Numbered from the stretch's first letter, positions 49,786 through 63,294 are shown. The stretch: 64,000 nt of DNA from Lama glama (GCA_028534125.1 CM052816.1:70930001-70994000); one strand, 5' to 3'. Notes: generated by a model from the sequence alone, not told the origin. Numbers and translations: made by a program.

Positions 49786-51694
49786 AAAAACTAAAAGGAT
49801 CAATTATAAAATGGCTGTTAAAGTATAAGGGACGTAAGTAAAATACTTAATTTCACTTCAATAGTGCATAATTTTTCCTATATATAGGAATTACTTATAC
49901 CACTAGATTTTTCTTTTAAGAATGATGGCTTTAAATATGATTTTTCAAGGGCTCTTTCTAAAATTTACTAAAGTCTCATTTCAATCTTTTGTTGACTCAG
50001 AGTCATTATGAGTATACTTAATTATACTGTGTAGTATTAATGTTGGTGTTTACTTTTAAAGTTTTTTTCCTTCTGTGTCCTTTAAATCTAATGTGTCAGC
50101 CTTTCTTCCCATCCCTGAAACTGTTCTTCTCATCTGTTGTTGTCAAGGAAAGAAGTTAACCAAGCTTTTAAAAAAAGATAGTTAAAATATGAATCAATAA
50201 GGAACTGAATATAAGTTTTAGGACTGAATTAGGAAACATTAAAGTGGAAATTTATTGAATTATTTCAAACCCACAACAAACTTTTCACTTATATTTGAGT
50301 TTACAGATTTATTAAGGGCATTGCATTTTCTTAAACCCAAACCCTAAAGAGGCAAGTTCTTCTCAAAAGGAATATAGTGCAGAGATGGTTAAGTGGACCT
50401 GGCTTGTAAAAAGTCTAGCTGTCTGGACCATAAGAATATAATCAAGACACTACTTCACATATGGCATCATAAACCCAAACTGAAGATGAAATAAACAGCT
50501 TCATGGGTATAAGCTGCTAGAACCCAAACCTGTAGAGAGATCCCAAATCTGATGCGCTCAGTCTTTTGTCTAGAGTGCATGTTCTAGAACTAAGAGTATG
50601 AGATCTCAGTCTAGGACATGCATTCTAGTCTCTTACAGAGCTTTTAATACTTTTTCCAGTTTGGTTGTCAGAAAAGTGCAGCATACAAGAGCTAGTAGAT
50701 CTGGAATGGAATCTCATATGTCTTTGTAACATATGAAGCCCACAAGCGATCCTGTTGCATGGCTGGATCAAGAAAGAGCATCATCATTCCAGGTAACTGC
50801 TGAGTTTCTAAATGCTTACAGTGTAGTTTCACTCTAAATTTTCATTCTTGGCTCTCAGATAATCAGCATGACAGTCTTGTGGTGAAATTCTGGTGCTCAT
50901 ATTACAGAGGTTGGGTTGAACATTTCCCAAGGGTAAATGCAGAGGACTTTATCCACACATTTGTGATACTGTGCTCAGTGGCTTAGGGTCAGACTTAATG
51001 TTCTTACCATTTTCTGTTATTATCAATTTTAGAACTTTAGTTCATTATGGGGCTACTGTATAATTTGTCAATTATATCAACTTGTTAAATTGGGTAAAAC
51101 AATAGTTTAAACCTCTCAATTCCAGCTCTAGGAAGTAGATTAATGTACAACAAGAATGTTGAGAATATAGAGGGAAAGTATACCTAAACTAGGGTGTTCC
51201 TAAGGGAATAAACACTAACCAATAGACTGGAGGAATATTTTAAAGCACCATGGAAGTGGATTTGAGTTACTCAGTACTGATCAGCATCTACATTTTCATC
51301 TGGAAAACTTAACTCAATCTGTGCTCTTGATTAATTTAGTCACAATGATACATGGTTTATTGCATATCCCCTTGGCAGTATGAATCAATTTGGGGAACTA
51401 TTTTTGTATATTTTTAGCTTCCTAAATATTTCAAGTTTTAATGTAAGAGAATTATTTTTCTCATTTTTATTATTTATTTAAGTTTTACATGAATGCAATA
51501 AATGCAGACATCAAAATAATACTAGTAAACATGTGTGGAGAGTGTCTTTCAGGAAGGGTAACCTGGCTTTGGCAGCATAATTCTGTCTTAGATTTCACTG
51601 CTGAGAAACTGGTAACCTATATATCATCTAGTTCAATGAATAGGCACCTGTCCTCTATTGTAATATATATTATTATAATACTCTATCAGTAAAG

Positions 51695-51925
51695 TGAATC
51701 ATAGTCTGAACTCTGGATGCAGACCTTCTGGATTCAAATTCTGGCTTTCTACTTATTTGCTCTGTGATTATGACCAAGTTACTTAATTGTTCTGTGCCTT
51801 AGTTTGTCATATGTAAAATAAAGACAAACATAATAGTACCTTATAGGGTTATAATGAGGATTAAGTAGGTTTCTACGTATAAAATGCTTAACACATCGGA
51901 AATAATGAATAAAGGTTAGTTCACA
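51695..51925 (+). mobile_element. MIR SINE
   Basis: 'ggattcaaattctggctttctacttatttgctctgtgattatgaccaagttacttaa...ctgtgccttagttt...atagggttataatgaggattaag'. Confidence 0.85.
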
Positions 51926-52651
51926 TAATAGTTATAATAGTAGCACTGGTGCTAACACCATAGTTTTAATTGGAATGGAGGGGAATTCACTACCTTACCT
52001 CTATGATAAACATCATAACATACTGAATTTAACTTAGTTTCTTTATCCTAAAGTCAAGGGAAGATACTTTTCAGGAAAGTGAGTACCAATTTGGAAAGAT
52101 ACTGTAGGAAAAAATTCTATCTGCACTTTTCTTATCTCTGAATTTTGGAGATTCTTTGAGAATGGATCTAAATAGCAGTGTATGTAGCGTACCAGTGGAG
52201 CAGTATACTTTCGTAGCTTTCAAAAAACAAAGCACAGTGTGGAAAATACAAGGTAACTTTAACGAAAAGTAAGAACACAGTTATTTTGCATGTAATGTAA
52301 GAAGTCCTTTGGAAAGTGCCTTTAGTTCCTAAGTTAGAGGCATCATGAGTACTCAGAAAGTTACTGAGAAACTCTTCTTTTGAATCATGTCAAGGAACAG
52401 AAGTATCAATGTAAGTGGACTGCTTACAGCCTTTGTCAATTAGCAGACTGAAGACGACGCCAGTGGACTGCATTAGAAGTCCTTCATGACGCTGAAGACT
52501 CTCAGTGTACACACTGGATCAAAAGCTAATCTGTTTGATGTTCCATAGTATGCTAAATGACAAAGAAAAACCTTGATCCCATTTAGAGAGAACTAAAAGA
52601 CACAGACAGTGCCAATGTAGACTCTGAGTGTAGAACTGGAACCTACTGGTT

Positions 52652-52744
52652 GGGTTGTTGTTGTTGTTGTTTTCTAAGGGAGGTACTGGGGATTGAACCC
52701 AGGACCTCGCACATGCGCTCTGCCACTGAGCTATTTCCCTCTCC
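52652..52744 (-). mobile_element. tRNA-derived SINE (camelid-type) with (CAA)n tail
   Basis: Minus strand GGAGAGGGAAATAGCTCAGTGGCAGAGCGCATGTGCGAGGTCCTGGGTTCAATCCCCAGTACCTCC has Pol III A box (TAGCTCAGTGG) and B box (GGTTCAATCC) plus an A-rich tail; degenerate TSD ctggaacctact/ctgaaatctact. Confidence 0.85.
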
Positions 52745-52894
52745 TCTGAAATCTACTAATGGTTGACCTGAGCAAGTTTCTGGGAATCTTGCTTTATTTC
52801 TACTCAATGCCCAAGAAAGTTGGCATTTCAGAAATTGTGTAAAGAGGGTAAATTTATTTTAACCTCTTTTAAGGTTAATCTTTATAAATATGTA

Positions 52895-53060
52895 ATAAAT
52901 AATATTTACAGAATGCTTACTATGTGGCAGGCACTACTCTATAAACATTTTGCAAAGATTAACTCATTCAATTCTAACAACAACGCTATGAGGTAGATTA
53001 CTATTTCTCTCCCTATTTTACAGGGGAGGAAACTGAGGCACAGAGAGGTTAAGTCAGAAT
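52895..53060 (-). mobile_element. MIR SINE
   Basis: 'gaatgcttactatgtggcaggcact...caacaacgctatgaggtag...ttttacaggggaggaaactgaggcacagagaggttaagt'. Confidence 0.9.
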
Positions 53061-54479
53061 CTAATGCCCTGTTACTAAATGCCATTTAAATAAAAGAATT
53101 TTTGTTGCATCTGCTTGTTCTGATGCCATGCAGATATAAAAATAATGGATAACAGTAATGAATGACAACAAATTTTCTGATTATTTGAAAAGTATTGCTT
53201 ATCATTTATTAGTTTTTCAGTTATTCTCAGACAAGCTAGAAACAAGTACCAGTAGGATCCTTAAAGGTGAATTTAAAAAGGCTATAAGAAATGCATTTAT
53301 GTATGTGGAATTTTATTGGGGTTAAGAGTGAATAAGGAAATCAACAAGAAAGATAAAGTTTCACATATTAAAAGGACAATTTATACCCATGCATGCATTT
53401 GTGTGTTCCAGATTAGGCAGAACCATGAATATTTATTTTTTAAGTGGCAGGAATCAAAGGGAAGAGGCTATATTTCTTCATCTCAGGGTATAGTCATTTT
53501 ACAAAGTGAAGAAAATTGTGTGTTAAAAGTTGAATCTGTTTACATCTATTTCTCATATTTTCATAGAAGAAAATTGATTTCCTCCCCTCCCTCAGGTGTG
53601 GGTGAAAAGCCTCCATTTTAAAGAAAAGCAGCACAAAAGTGTGAGCTCTGAACCACCACTGTTGTTCTCCGTCACAGGGGCCGGTTTGAGACATAGAACG
53701 CTGCCCAGCTGAGCTGTGTCTCTGCAGCTGTGTGGCTTACTCAGGGTGCTGCTGCTGAAAGTGTCTTAATTGCTTGCTTTGTCATTTGCCTTATCACCCT
53801 TTCTCTTACGTTCTTTTTCGTGGTCTTACCTAGTTTTAACTGAGAATGCTCTTCCCATGAGTTTATGCTCATTTTTAGGGTTCTGAAGAAACAGCATACA
53901 TATTTATAAAGTTAGGACCTTACTGTAATTTCACAGTGTTTAATATTGCCATAGAAGACAATAACACTTACTGCATACTTTGAAAGCCAGGGCCTAGCAT
54001 TTCTGAAAGGTCCTGTGGACCTCTTTCAGGCTATTCACCTAATATGAATATTAATTAAATTGACATTTATTGTATCTTGTTACTTTGAAATGTTACTTTT
54101 CACTTCAAGACCTCAGCCACGTGACGTGCCTCTGCCAAGTTTTTAGAATCCTTTACAGCCCAATTCAAATATGGGATTCAGACTCACCTCCTCCCAATGT
54201 CTGCCCTGATTATTAATGCCAAGTCGCTCTAGCTCTTTTTTGGTCCTGTCTCATTGACACTTATGGATCCAACTGAGTCTCTTGTCATTTCACCCTGGCT
54301 GGCATGTATATGCAAAATGTGAACGTCCATTCACCTGAGTGAAAATGTGTTTTTTTTTCACGCTTCCCTTATAGAACCCCTAGTCATGAATAGAACTTAT
54401 TTAGCATCACTCAGTGCAGTTCCCATACATGCTTTCTATGTTCTTGTGTATTGAACACAGTGAGCAGTTTGCTTCTTCC

Positions 54480-54920
54480 ACTTATTGAGTAGCTACTATT
54501 TGCCAGACATTTTCGAACCCAGAGATACAATGGAGAACTTATGTCTAAGTGGAGGAGACAGATAATAAAGAAATACATGGTAAACAGACCAATGATAGAT
54601 TTTAGAGAGTGATCAAAGCAAACAAGGTGTTAGGATGTAGAGCAGTGCAGAGTTGGGGAACTGATGGATGGAAGGAATTTACACGGCATGAGCCAGCACC
54701 AGAGGGCATGCCCTTTATCTGAAAGAAGAGAAAGGAGCCAGCTGAGTGATGAGCTTGGGGACAACACTGCAGGCAGAGGGCACAGCAGGTGCAACAGGAA
54801 GCTTCAAGACACTTTGACGACATGTTGAAGGAATTGAAACACACATGGAGGCTAAAGAGATTGGAAAGCACCTTATTGTGGAAAACTATGCAGTGAATAA
54901 TACAGCAGGGTTTCTCTTCT
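54480..54920 (-). mobile_element. LINE-2 fragment
   Basis: 'ttattgagtagctactatttgccagaca...gtctaagtggaggagacagataataaa...caggcagagggcacagcaggtgcaa'. Confidence 0.75.
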
Positions 54921-56229
54921 TTTTAAGAGTGGTGGTAAGTCATGACGAATTATCAGCACTCACCCCTGGGCTCTCAGGTAATAAAAGGCCTGCTAAGGTA
55001 AAATGCTTTACCTGGGTTAGAGTCTGTGGTTAAAGAACGGGTATTTGTGTGAAAAACAGGCTGTTAAGATGATCAATTCATATCTCTTATTATTGGTATC
55101 CTATTCTTCCAACTGGATCAAGTTGACCAGGTTATGTAACATCTTACGATGTACATAAAAGACATGATCTGTGACATAATATACATGGTTCTTGTAAGTA
55201 TAATGAATCTAATTATGGGGGACATTATAGTACATTTGATAATAATAGTTGAGTTAGTGTTACTATATCTGTTTTGTTTCCTTTACTTGTATGAGAAAGA
55301 GAATTACATTTGTTAAAATATGTGTAATGCAGTTGATGTAAGTGTACCTTTCACAAAGAGAGACTATGTCTCTTGTTGGCATCTTCTTTTAGGCCTTGAA
55401 TTTAAGCAGTATTGCAAATACAGTCCCTTATCCATAAGATAAAGAAAATACAACAGGGCTTTGAAAATCAAGCTGAACAATATTTTGCCAAATGATCATG
55501 AACATATATCAAGGCTTATCTATACAGGTGGTTCTTGTACAGGAAACAGCATTATACACAGTTTGACTAAAGGTCACAAAGGAATAAATACAGTTCTTTT
55601 TGAACTTGACAATAATTTATTGGAATGTAGCTTGCTTTAAATAACAAAGTGGCAGCCTAAGCCTCAAAATTCTCCATTGTATACACTCATTTCACTGACT
55701 TGATTCATTCTAGGGATAAACTGGTCCAGAGTAAAGAGAAGGAAGTTTGTATTCTAAGATGCATGGTTAACCCTTTAGTTAATAGTAGAGTAAGAGGCTG
55801 CCAAGAACACTAGTCTGAAGTTTTACTATCTTTGGGAGATTGACTGAAATTCAACCATCAGTGATTCAGGAGTCTATATTCTATCAATCAATCTGTTTAA
55901 CCTATCTGCTAAAATTAAGTTTAATGTAGAATTTGGGCAAAACCTCAGTATATCTAAATAAGATGTATAAACATATAAACCTCAAATTATACTTTAAAAA
56001 TAAAGAACTAACTTTCTTTGGTTGCTTAAATTCTAATGAGATCTTTTGTCCAGTTATTGTTTGCTATTAGGTTTTTCTCTGCTTCCTGAGTCCATATTTT
56101 CCCCCTTTATTCCTTCTCTTGATGAGGTAGGCAGGGTAGCAAAGATGTCAGGAAAAAGCTTTTTTATAGAATTTTATTCTATGTGGGGGTAGAAAATCTG
56201 TTCACAAAAATAATGAGCTTGTTATCATT

Positions 56230-56500
56230 CTACCTATATTTTGAGACATTGATTTTCTAATTTGCTAAGGATATATTGAACAAGTAACTCATGCATCACC
56301 GTGCACTAGGAATAACCCATGTGCTTCATTCCATGTGTGTCTCAGGATTTATCTAACCACTTCCCTCTGGCGAACCACAGTCTGTTTGAGTTTCTTAAGT
56401 GAAATGCTCCAATGGATATTCTTGTCCACATGTTTCTGTAAAAGCCCACGCTCTTAAGCATTGTAATATATGCTCTGAAACTGGGAGGTATCATTTTTTC
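56230..56500 (-). mobile_element. Ancient L1ME-like fragment
   Basis: 'atttatctaaccacttccctctgg...aatgctccaatggatattcttgtccacatg'. Confidence 0.5.
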
Positions 56501-59500
56501 AGTGTAGGTATGTTATGTTTGGCAGAAAGTAAAAAATGATTTAGCTTCAGAGAGATGACATGGGGAGTAAGTAGGACCAGTGTTTGGCAGATTATTCTTA
56601 AGGAGCTAATCATCTCATTAGACACTGCAGAAGATTCTGCTCCTGTGTCAGTGATGGCATTTTCCCTAGGCCACATCTACATTGATCTTTGTGTAATTTA
56701 TAAGTAGTCTGTGAGGTCTATGTTGGTATAGCAATCAGATTTTCTACTTATTGAACTACTATCTATCTTCTTATAGCCATGGCTTTCCATTTGCTCCTTT
56801 TTTCATGCAATAACACTGTAAGTCTAAATTTAAAAAAAAATACTCCCAACTGAACTCTAAATAGTCTTTCTTGTATGAATGATAGAGTGTAAAACTGACC
56901 CTCATGGCTTTGAATTTTGGATTTCTGTGCCTGCTCCCTATACTCATACTCCCTCATAGGTTCAATAATGACTGAGATGCCAATTTTAGATAGTAAACAG
57001 GCTTTATTTCCTTTTGGTCAGAGCAGAAATGGAAAGAAAATTATCTTTGATTTTAAAGGTGATTTGCTTAAAAATAAATCAGTTCAAAGTGTTTTTTCCT
57101 TTCTTACAGCTAAATGTTTAAAAGACTGGTGAAAAAGAAGCGTGGTAATTTAGTAACTGCAAGAGGACAAACCCCTTAACCCTCTGCAGATACTACTTCA
57201 AAATGATTTCTTTTGTTAATTTTTACAATTTAACATAAATTCAAACAGACACTGTTGCTTTAGGTATTTATCTTTAATTTGCAAATATAAAAGCCCTATG
57301 GGTAGCTGTAAGTCCAGCCTCCCAATACATATAATAATAATGTCCAAATACAGGTAAAAATGAGGATAAATGGCTTTTAAACAAAGAGGTGTGTATTTAA
57401 AAATTCTCTCCTTTTACAAAAATGCATCAAATTGCAGACAGCTAGAGTGGAAGAGTTGCTTATGTAATAAATAAATTATGCCTTCTGAATTTCAAATTAA
57501 AAAACTTTTTTTTTGTTCTCCAATGCATGACATAGTAATCAATGAGAAGCTTTGTTGAGAGAAAAGTCAATTTTATAAGTACTTAGTTTAATAAAGTAGT
57601 CATGAATAGAAATATATTTTAAATGGAATAATATACTTATTTGCTAAATAAATATTCCTTCACATTAAGAAGGATAAGTAAAATAACATATATGCTGTCT
57701 TAGTTTTATAGTTAAAATTATCCAAAATGTCAACAATCAGCTCAGTTAGAAAATGCCTTAATTGAATTCATTGAAAATAGATAGTTTAATGACTATGTGA
57801 TCAGAAGAATAATAAGGAACTCTCTTCTTTGCAGTGTAGCATCCACATAGAGGTTTCAGGGGTAGCCACAATGTTATAGGCTGAAACAAGTTTCCGTATA
57901 GCCAATTTATCAGCATTGAACAGTAGGGGACGATATTTCACTAGCTTGTGTAAAACCATCAGCATTAGAATAGAAAAAAAGCCTGTAGTAGGGTGACATA
58001 GCTAGCCAAAAGTAAGACAGATCTAACAAAATAATTAAATTCACTTTTGTTCAAAAGTGTTTCTTTTTTTACTTGTTTATCAAAATCAGCTTCTGTTCCT
58101 TGTGGAATATTTATCTGTACCCTCATCAGCATTTTGTTTTATATATTTAGATTTCATTGGAGAGAAACACTTATCATTAGTGCTATTTCCACTCCATCTT
58201 CCCAATTAGAATTCTCCATAGAGGAAGAATTTACATTAAAAGAGATTGATTTGAATTAGAAATGTTTTATCCTCTAGCTTTGCCAAGGGAAAAAAAAGTC
58301 AAGAGTTAAAAACATACTAGGAGGGTCAGTGCCACTGGTGATACTTCAATAGAGTTTGTATCAGTGCTTTCAATTCTTTCCTATATAATAGTCTGGGGAA
58401 AAAAGAACTTTATCAAAATTATATTTCTTTAATTGAGTTCCCAATAAAAGAAAATTCTGGCAATAAATGGTTCTAGAGTTTTCACTGACTAGGCTGCCGC
58501 AAAAATTAGTGGCAGATCATAAATCCATATTTATATATAGATAAAAATCAAATGTGCTATAGTAAAATATCCCAGAGTAGTTTTTTGCATGTTTTTGAGG
58601 TTTGCTGTGTATTTTTACCATGACATTGTCATGAAAACCAGAATCAGCAAATATATATGTTGTTTTAAGTAGAGTGTATTTATTGGTGACAATTTTGTGG
58701 TTCTGGCATCATTTTGACTATATGTACTAAAGAATTATTAAAATTAATTAGTAAAATTTTAGGTAGAAATTTAGTAATTCATATTTCTGTATTTTTTCTA
58801 GAAGTACGATTTCTAGTTACTATTCTAAGAATTGATGCTGAAGTAATTGGAGTATAAAGCCCAATATATACCTTATTTTTTCATCAATTTACTTATTGTG
58901 AATTAGAATCCTACTTTTAAAAATTACAAAATATGATGCGTTGAGTCCCTTTATAAAGACAAGTTCAGTAAATTGTTGTTAAAACAATGTTTCTGATAGT
59001 TTAATTAATCAGGGCATAATGAACAAATCATATAATCACCATAAATCTTACTATCTTTGATTTTCAAAGTCCCTGAAAACCAAATACAAATTTTACCCAC
59101 TTTATAAGTTTATCAAGGATTGGCTTACTTTTGTGGAGAGTATTTTCTTAGAAAATCTGATTTGGCTAAAAGGGAATTTTGTTGAAACAAACCTTACTAC
59201 AATGCAAAAATAATTCACTATACAAAAGGAGAACATGGTTTGACAGGAATTTCTCATACTGATCTAAACTTAGTTGGAAAATATACTAGACCTTTAGAAT
59301 TGGTTCTGAGCTTCACAGTTAATGACACTTACATGTGACTTGGACAATGAAAGAAATGTAAATAACAGATCAACAAGGATAAAAGACAATTAAACAAGGA
59401 AGAAAGAATATCCAAGCAGGTGGACTAGGAGCAGCCGTCAAATGGCACGCTACCCCTAACTTTTCTCACTCCTGAGGAGTTTGCAAACCAAGAAGAAAGA

Positions 59501-59858
59501 TCCTAGTATTACATTTAAAACTGATTTTACTTTGTCATCACAAAGATTTTATGTACAATACAATAATAGATTATTTTTTATCTTTGAAAATCTTTTCAGC
59601 ATACCAAACACAAAGAAAAGCTACCTGGAATAATGAAATTCCTGGTCTTATTGAGCACTCACCAGATTCAAGGTATCTGTCTAATCCTACAGAAACCCCC
59701 TGGCCAACAACAGTAGAATAGAATCTCCTTCACCACCCTTTTAGGAAAATATGTCCTTTGTTTTCTAAGTTACTTGTATATGTATGTGTGGAAGTTTAAA
59801 GGCACTAGAATAGAATTCTTAAATTGCTCTGAGTAAGAAATGAGTAATAGATGTAAGG

Positions 59859-60071
59859 CAGTTTTTGTTCATGGGAGCAAATTTGTTCCTTAGGGGACAT
59901 TTAGCATTTCGGATTGTCAAACTTGACACATGCTACTGGAAATTGGTGAGTAGAGTCCAGGGATGGTGCTAAATATCTCACAATGCACAAGACACCCTAC
60001 CCCTCCCATTTCCTAAAACAAAATATTAATCTGATTCAACATATCAATAGTGCCAAGATTGAGAAATCCTG
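59859..60071. mobile_element. MER20 hAT-Charlie DNA transposon
   Basis: 'aggggacatttagca...tgctactgg...gagtagagtccagggatggtgctaaatatctcacaatgcacaagaca...tcaatagtgccaagattgagaaatcctg'. Confidence 0.85.
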
Positions 60072-61754
60072 ATTTACAGGGAAGAGGAGAATATTCAGGG
60101 AAAAAGATAATTCTCTCTGCTACCTTTGAGGTCCAGAGGAATAAGGGAGTAAGGAAATAAGAAAGATTCTTTGGCTAGACGCAGTTTGGAGAGCCCTGAG
60201 AAGAGCCCTATGGAGATTTTTCAAATAAATGTTATGTGCTAACTGATGTGACTTACAAATCTTCAAAAAAAAAATACAATGCATTTGTTGTACTTGATTT
60301 CCCTCCACAATCCTGTGAAGGGACTGAGTTTTGAAATTAAGGCTAGTGGGTCCATGAAGATGCAAGAGAACAAATGCTATTTTAGTTGATATTTAGTTGG
60401 TGCATGCTGACTCACTGATAGTTCAGGTATTGTTAAATTTTCACAAGTTGATATATAATAACTGTCTTAAACTCCCTGGGTGATCTTGTTGCCATGACTA
60501 CCCTCCACACCTCTCACAATCCAGGGAATCACGAATAAAGGGATGATGTCGGACCCAAATTGGGGACCAAAACTGGGTTCCCACCCTGTCATTGTCATCA
60601 GTGTCTATTCAGATGGCTTTGTGTCCCTACTATACTGTGGTTAAATATTTTGAACTTCACTTTTTATTATACTCTTAATAAAATCAAACCTCAGTCCTCC
60701 AAAGATGGCACCTAAAGGGCAACCCACACAAGGGGATCATGGAGAGGGCATTAAAAACCAGTTACTTTTTCATAAGTTGAAAATTTTTTTTCTACTGCAA
60801 GCTTGGAAGTAGAGTTTCAAATTTATTAATGAAGGTGGTAGGTTCCTGATGTAAGATTCGGTGTGCGAATCTTGTCAGCATGCTAGTTTTCTAAATAATG
60901 CTAGGAATATTTTAAATAGCATAATATTTATTTATGTAGTGATTCTTGGAATGAAAATGCTTTGAGAAAACTGGTTCAGTGTCAAAATAATAAACATGTC
61001 AAGGAATGGAAATCTTAAAAGCAAAACGAAGATGGGAATGGAAATGTCAGGTTTGGGCTGTACAAGTTCTCGAATCAATTACCTCAAATGCATTTTCCTT
61101 ACCTGAATTTACTTGCTATGTTTATTTAAAAATGTTTTTTGATGGCTGTTACACTACTTGTGGCATAGCAACTTGGATTGGTTTGCATTTTTCTCCGAGA
61201 GGAGATCTCTGAATAATGCTGTGAATAGCCAAAGTAAGACAGAGGTCCTGGCTAGTGAAAGTCTGTGGGATGCTACGATTTTGTTTAGAAAGACAAGATC
61301 AAAATGCAGCATGGGCTAGAAAGTTGTATGCTAGAAGATATCTTACTATGGCATTTGAACAGTTATTTTCCTTAAATGAATAGAAAGTATTAATTATAAT
61401 CACCTCCATGAAATGTTCTTCCAGAGGGTATTATATTGTAGGGCTAAACAGCATTTCAGTGAAATACCTACCTACATTGCACATGGTTTTGAAGAGTGTC
61501 AAATTCTGTTACAGAGGCTGAGTAAAATAATGGATATCTGATTTAAATAAATGGATATTTAGATGATGAGCTTGACAGCTTGGAAAATGGCAATGTACCA
61601 AAACCATAGGAGAGATCAGATGGCTTTGATAATGAATGTTTGCGTTAAAATAAATTTCTATTGCTTATACTAATAAAAACTAAATAAAATTTACCTTCAG
61701 TCCACATGTATAGTCAGCTCAGTGTTTACACCTGCCCAGTTTACTCTCATAAAA

Positions 61755-61780
61755 ACACACACATACACACACATACATAC
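61755..61780. repeat. Imperfect (CA)n microsatellite
   Basis: Read directly. Confidence 0.85.
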
Positions 61781-62710
61781 TACCCTGCTTGTTTACAGAG
61801 AATCATAAAACTTCAATGGCATCAAGACACATTATAATCAAATTGCCAAAAATCAAAGATTGAGCGAATTTTATAAACAACAAGAGTGTTTATAAGTGAC
61901 TCACCAAGTACAAAGAACCACCATAAGTCTATCAGTGGATTTCTCAGCAGAAACTTCGCAGGCCAAAACAAAGTGGGATGATATAATCGATGTAATAAAG
62001 GAAAAACACTGCCAACCAATGATACTATATCTGGCAAAACTATCCTTCAAAAATGTAAGAGAGAGAAGGATATTCTCAGGTAAGTAAAAGCTGAGAGAAT
62101 TTATCATCAACTTGCAAGACCTATCTTACAAGAATTGCTAAGGGGAGTCTTTCAAACTGAAATGAACAAGATACTAAACAGCAACATGAAACCATACAAA
62201 AGTATAAAGCTTGCTGGCAAAGGGTAATATATATAAACAAATACAGAATACTGTAATACTGTAACATTGATCCATAACTCATTTTTAATTCTTACTTAGA
62301 AGTTAAAAGACAAAATCATAGAAATAATTATGAAATATGTTCATGGATATATAATATAAAAAATGCAATTTGTGGTATCAATAGTATAAAGTGGCGGGAT
62401 GAAAAAGTACAGAGTATTTGTGTGTGATTGAAGTTAAGTTGTCATCAGCTCAAAAGAGATTATTGTAACTCTAAGGTGCTTTGTAATTCTACTGGTAACA
62501 CACAAAGAAAATATTTATAGGAGATATACAAAGAAAATGAGAAACAAATCAAACCATGTCAATACAAAAAAAATCAACAAAACACAAAAGAAACAGCAAG
62601 AGAGAAAAAGAGAAAAAAAAGCTTCAAGACAGACAAAACAATAAAGAAAATGGCAATAGAACCTTCTTCTCTATCAATAATTACTTTAAATGTAAATGGA
62701 TTAAACTTCC

Positions 62711-63036
62711 TGTTATGATGTATGTGATTTCTTGATGTGATTCTTGTAATTATATATATATAATACATTATATATATAACACATTTTATATATGTGTCTA
62801 TATGTATAAAACACATTATATGTGTGTGTGTGTGCATGTGTATGTGTGTAAAATATATAAAAATAACACAATAGGAGGCTGAAGGTTTCAATAAACCAGT
62901 TCATTCATGAACCATATCTGTTTGTTCTAACCTGTCATTTGATCAAGGTAATAAGGAACCTGCCCCTCTCTTGGAGAGGTTAATTTGTTACTAGATACCA
63001 AGGAGTTAGACCAGCCTTGCATGGTCCAGCGTAACA
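62711..63036 (+). mobile_element. Probable solo LTR inserted in L1 ORF2
   Basis: Termini TGTTA...TAACA, 5-bp flanks CTTCC/CTGCC, AATAAA at 62890-62895; L1 ORF2 sequence resumes on the other side. Confidence 0.6.
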
Positions 63037-63294
63037 CTGCCCTGTCATAAGACAGAATAGCTGAAGAGATTAAAACGTGTTGTCTACAAGACACTTTAGA
63101 TTTAAGAGCATGCATAGGCTAAAAATGAAAGGATAGACAAAGATATTCCATGCAAATAGTAACCAAAAAAGATCAGGGGTGGCCATTCTCATATCAAATA
63201 ACATAGACTTTAAGTCAAAAACTGTGAAAAGGGACAAAGAAGGACATTATATAATGATAAAAGGATTGTTTCACCAGGAAGATTCAACAATTTT

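Noticed and set aside
50660..50792. Exon-like segment (tttttccag ... CAG|GTAACT)
   Set aside because: Stops in all three frames and no other support
52679..52744. Possible tRNA gene
   Set aside because: No complete cloverleaf or anticodon arm; the A-rich tail and TSD mark it as a SINE
1656..61212. The many 60-115 aa ORFs in the track
   Set aside because: No recognisable homology, low-complexity or repeat-derived composition and no consistent exon structure; expected by chance
58004..61241. Near-identical TAGCCAAA(A)GTAAGACAG at about 58005 and 61225
   Set aside because: A single short imperfect match with no element termini between the copies; plausibly chance
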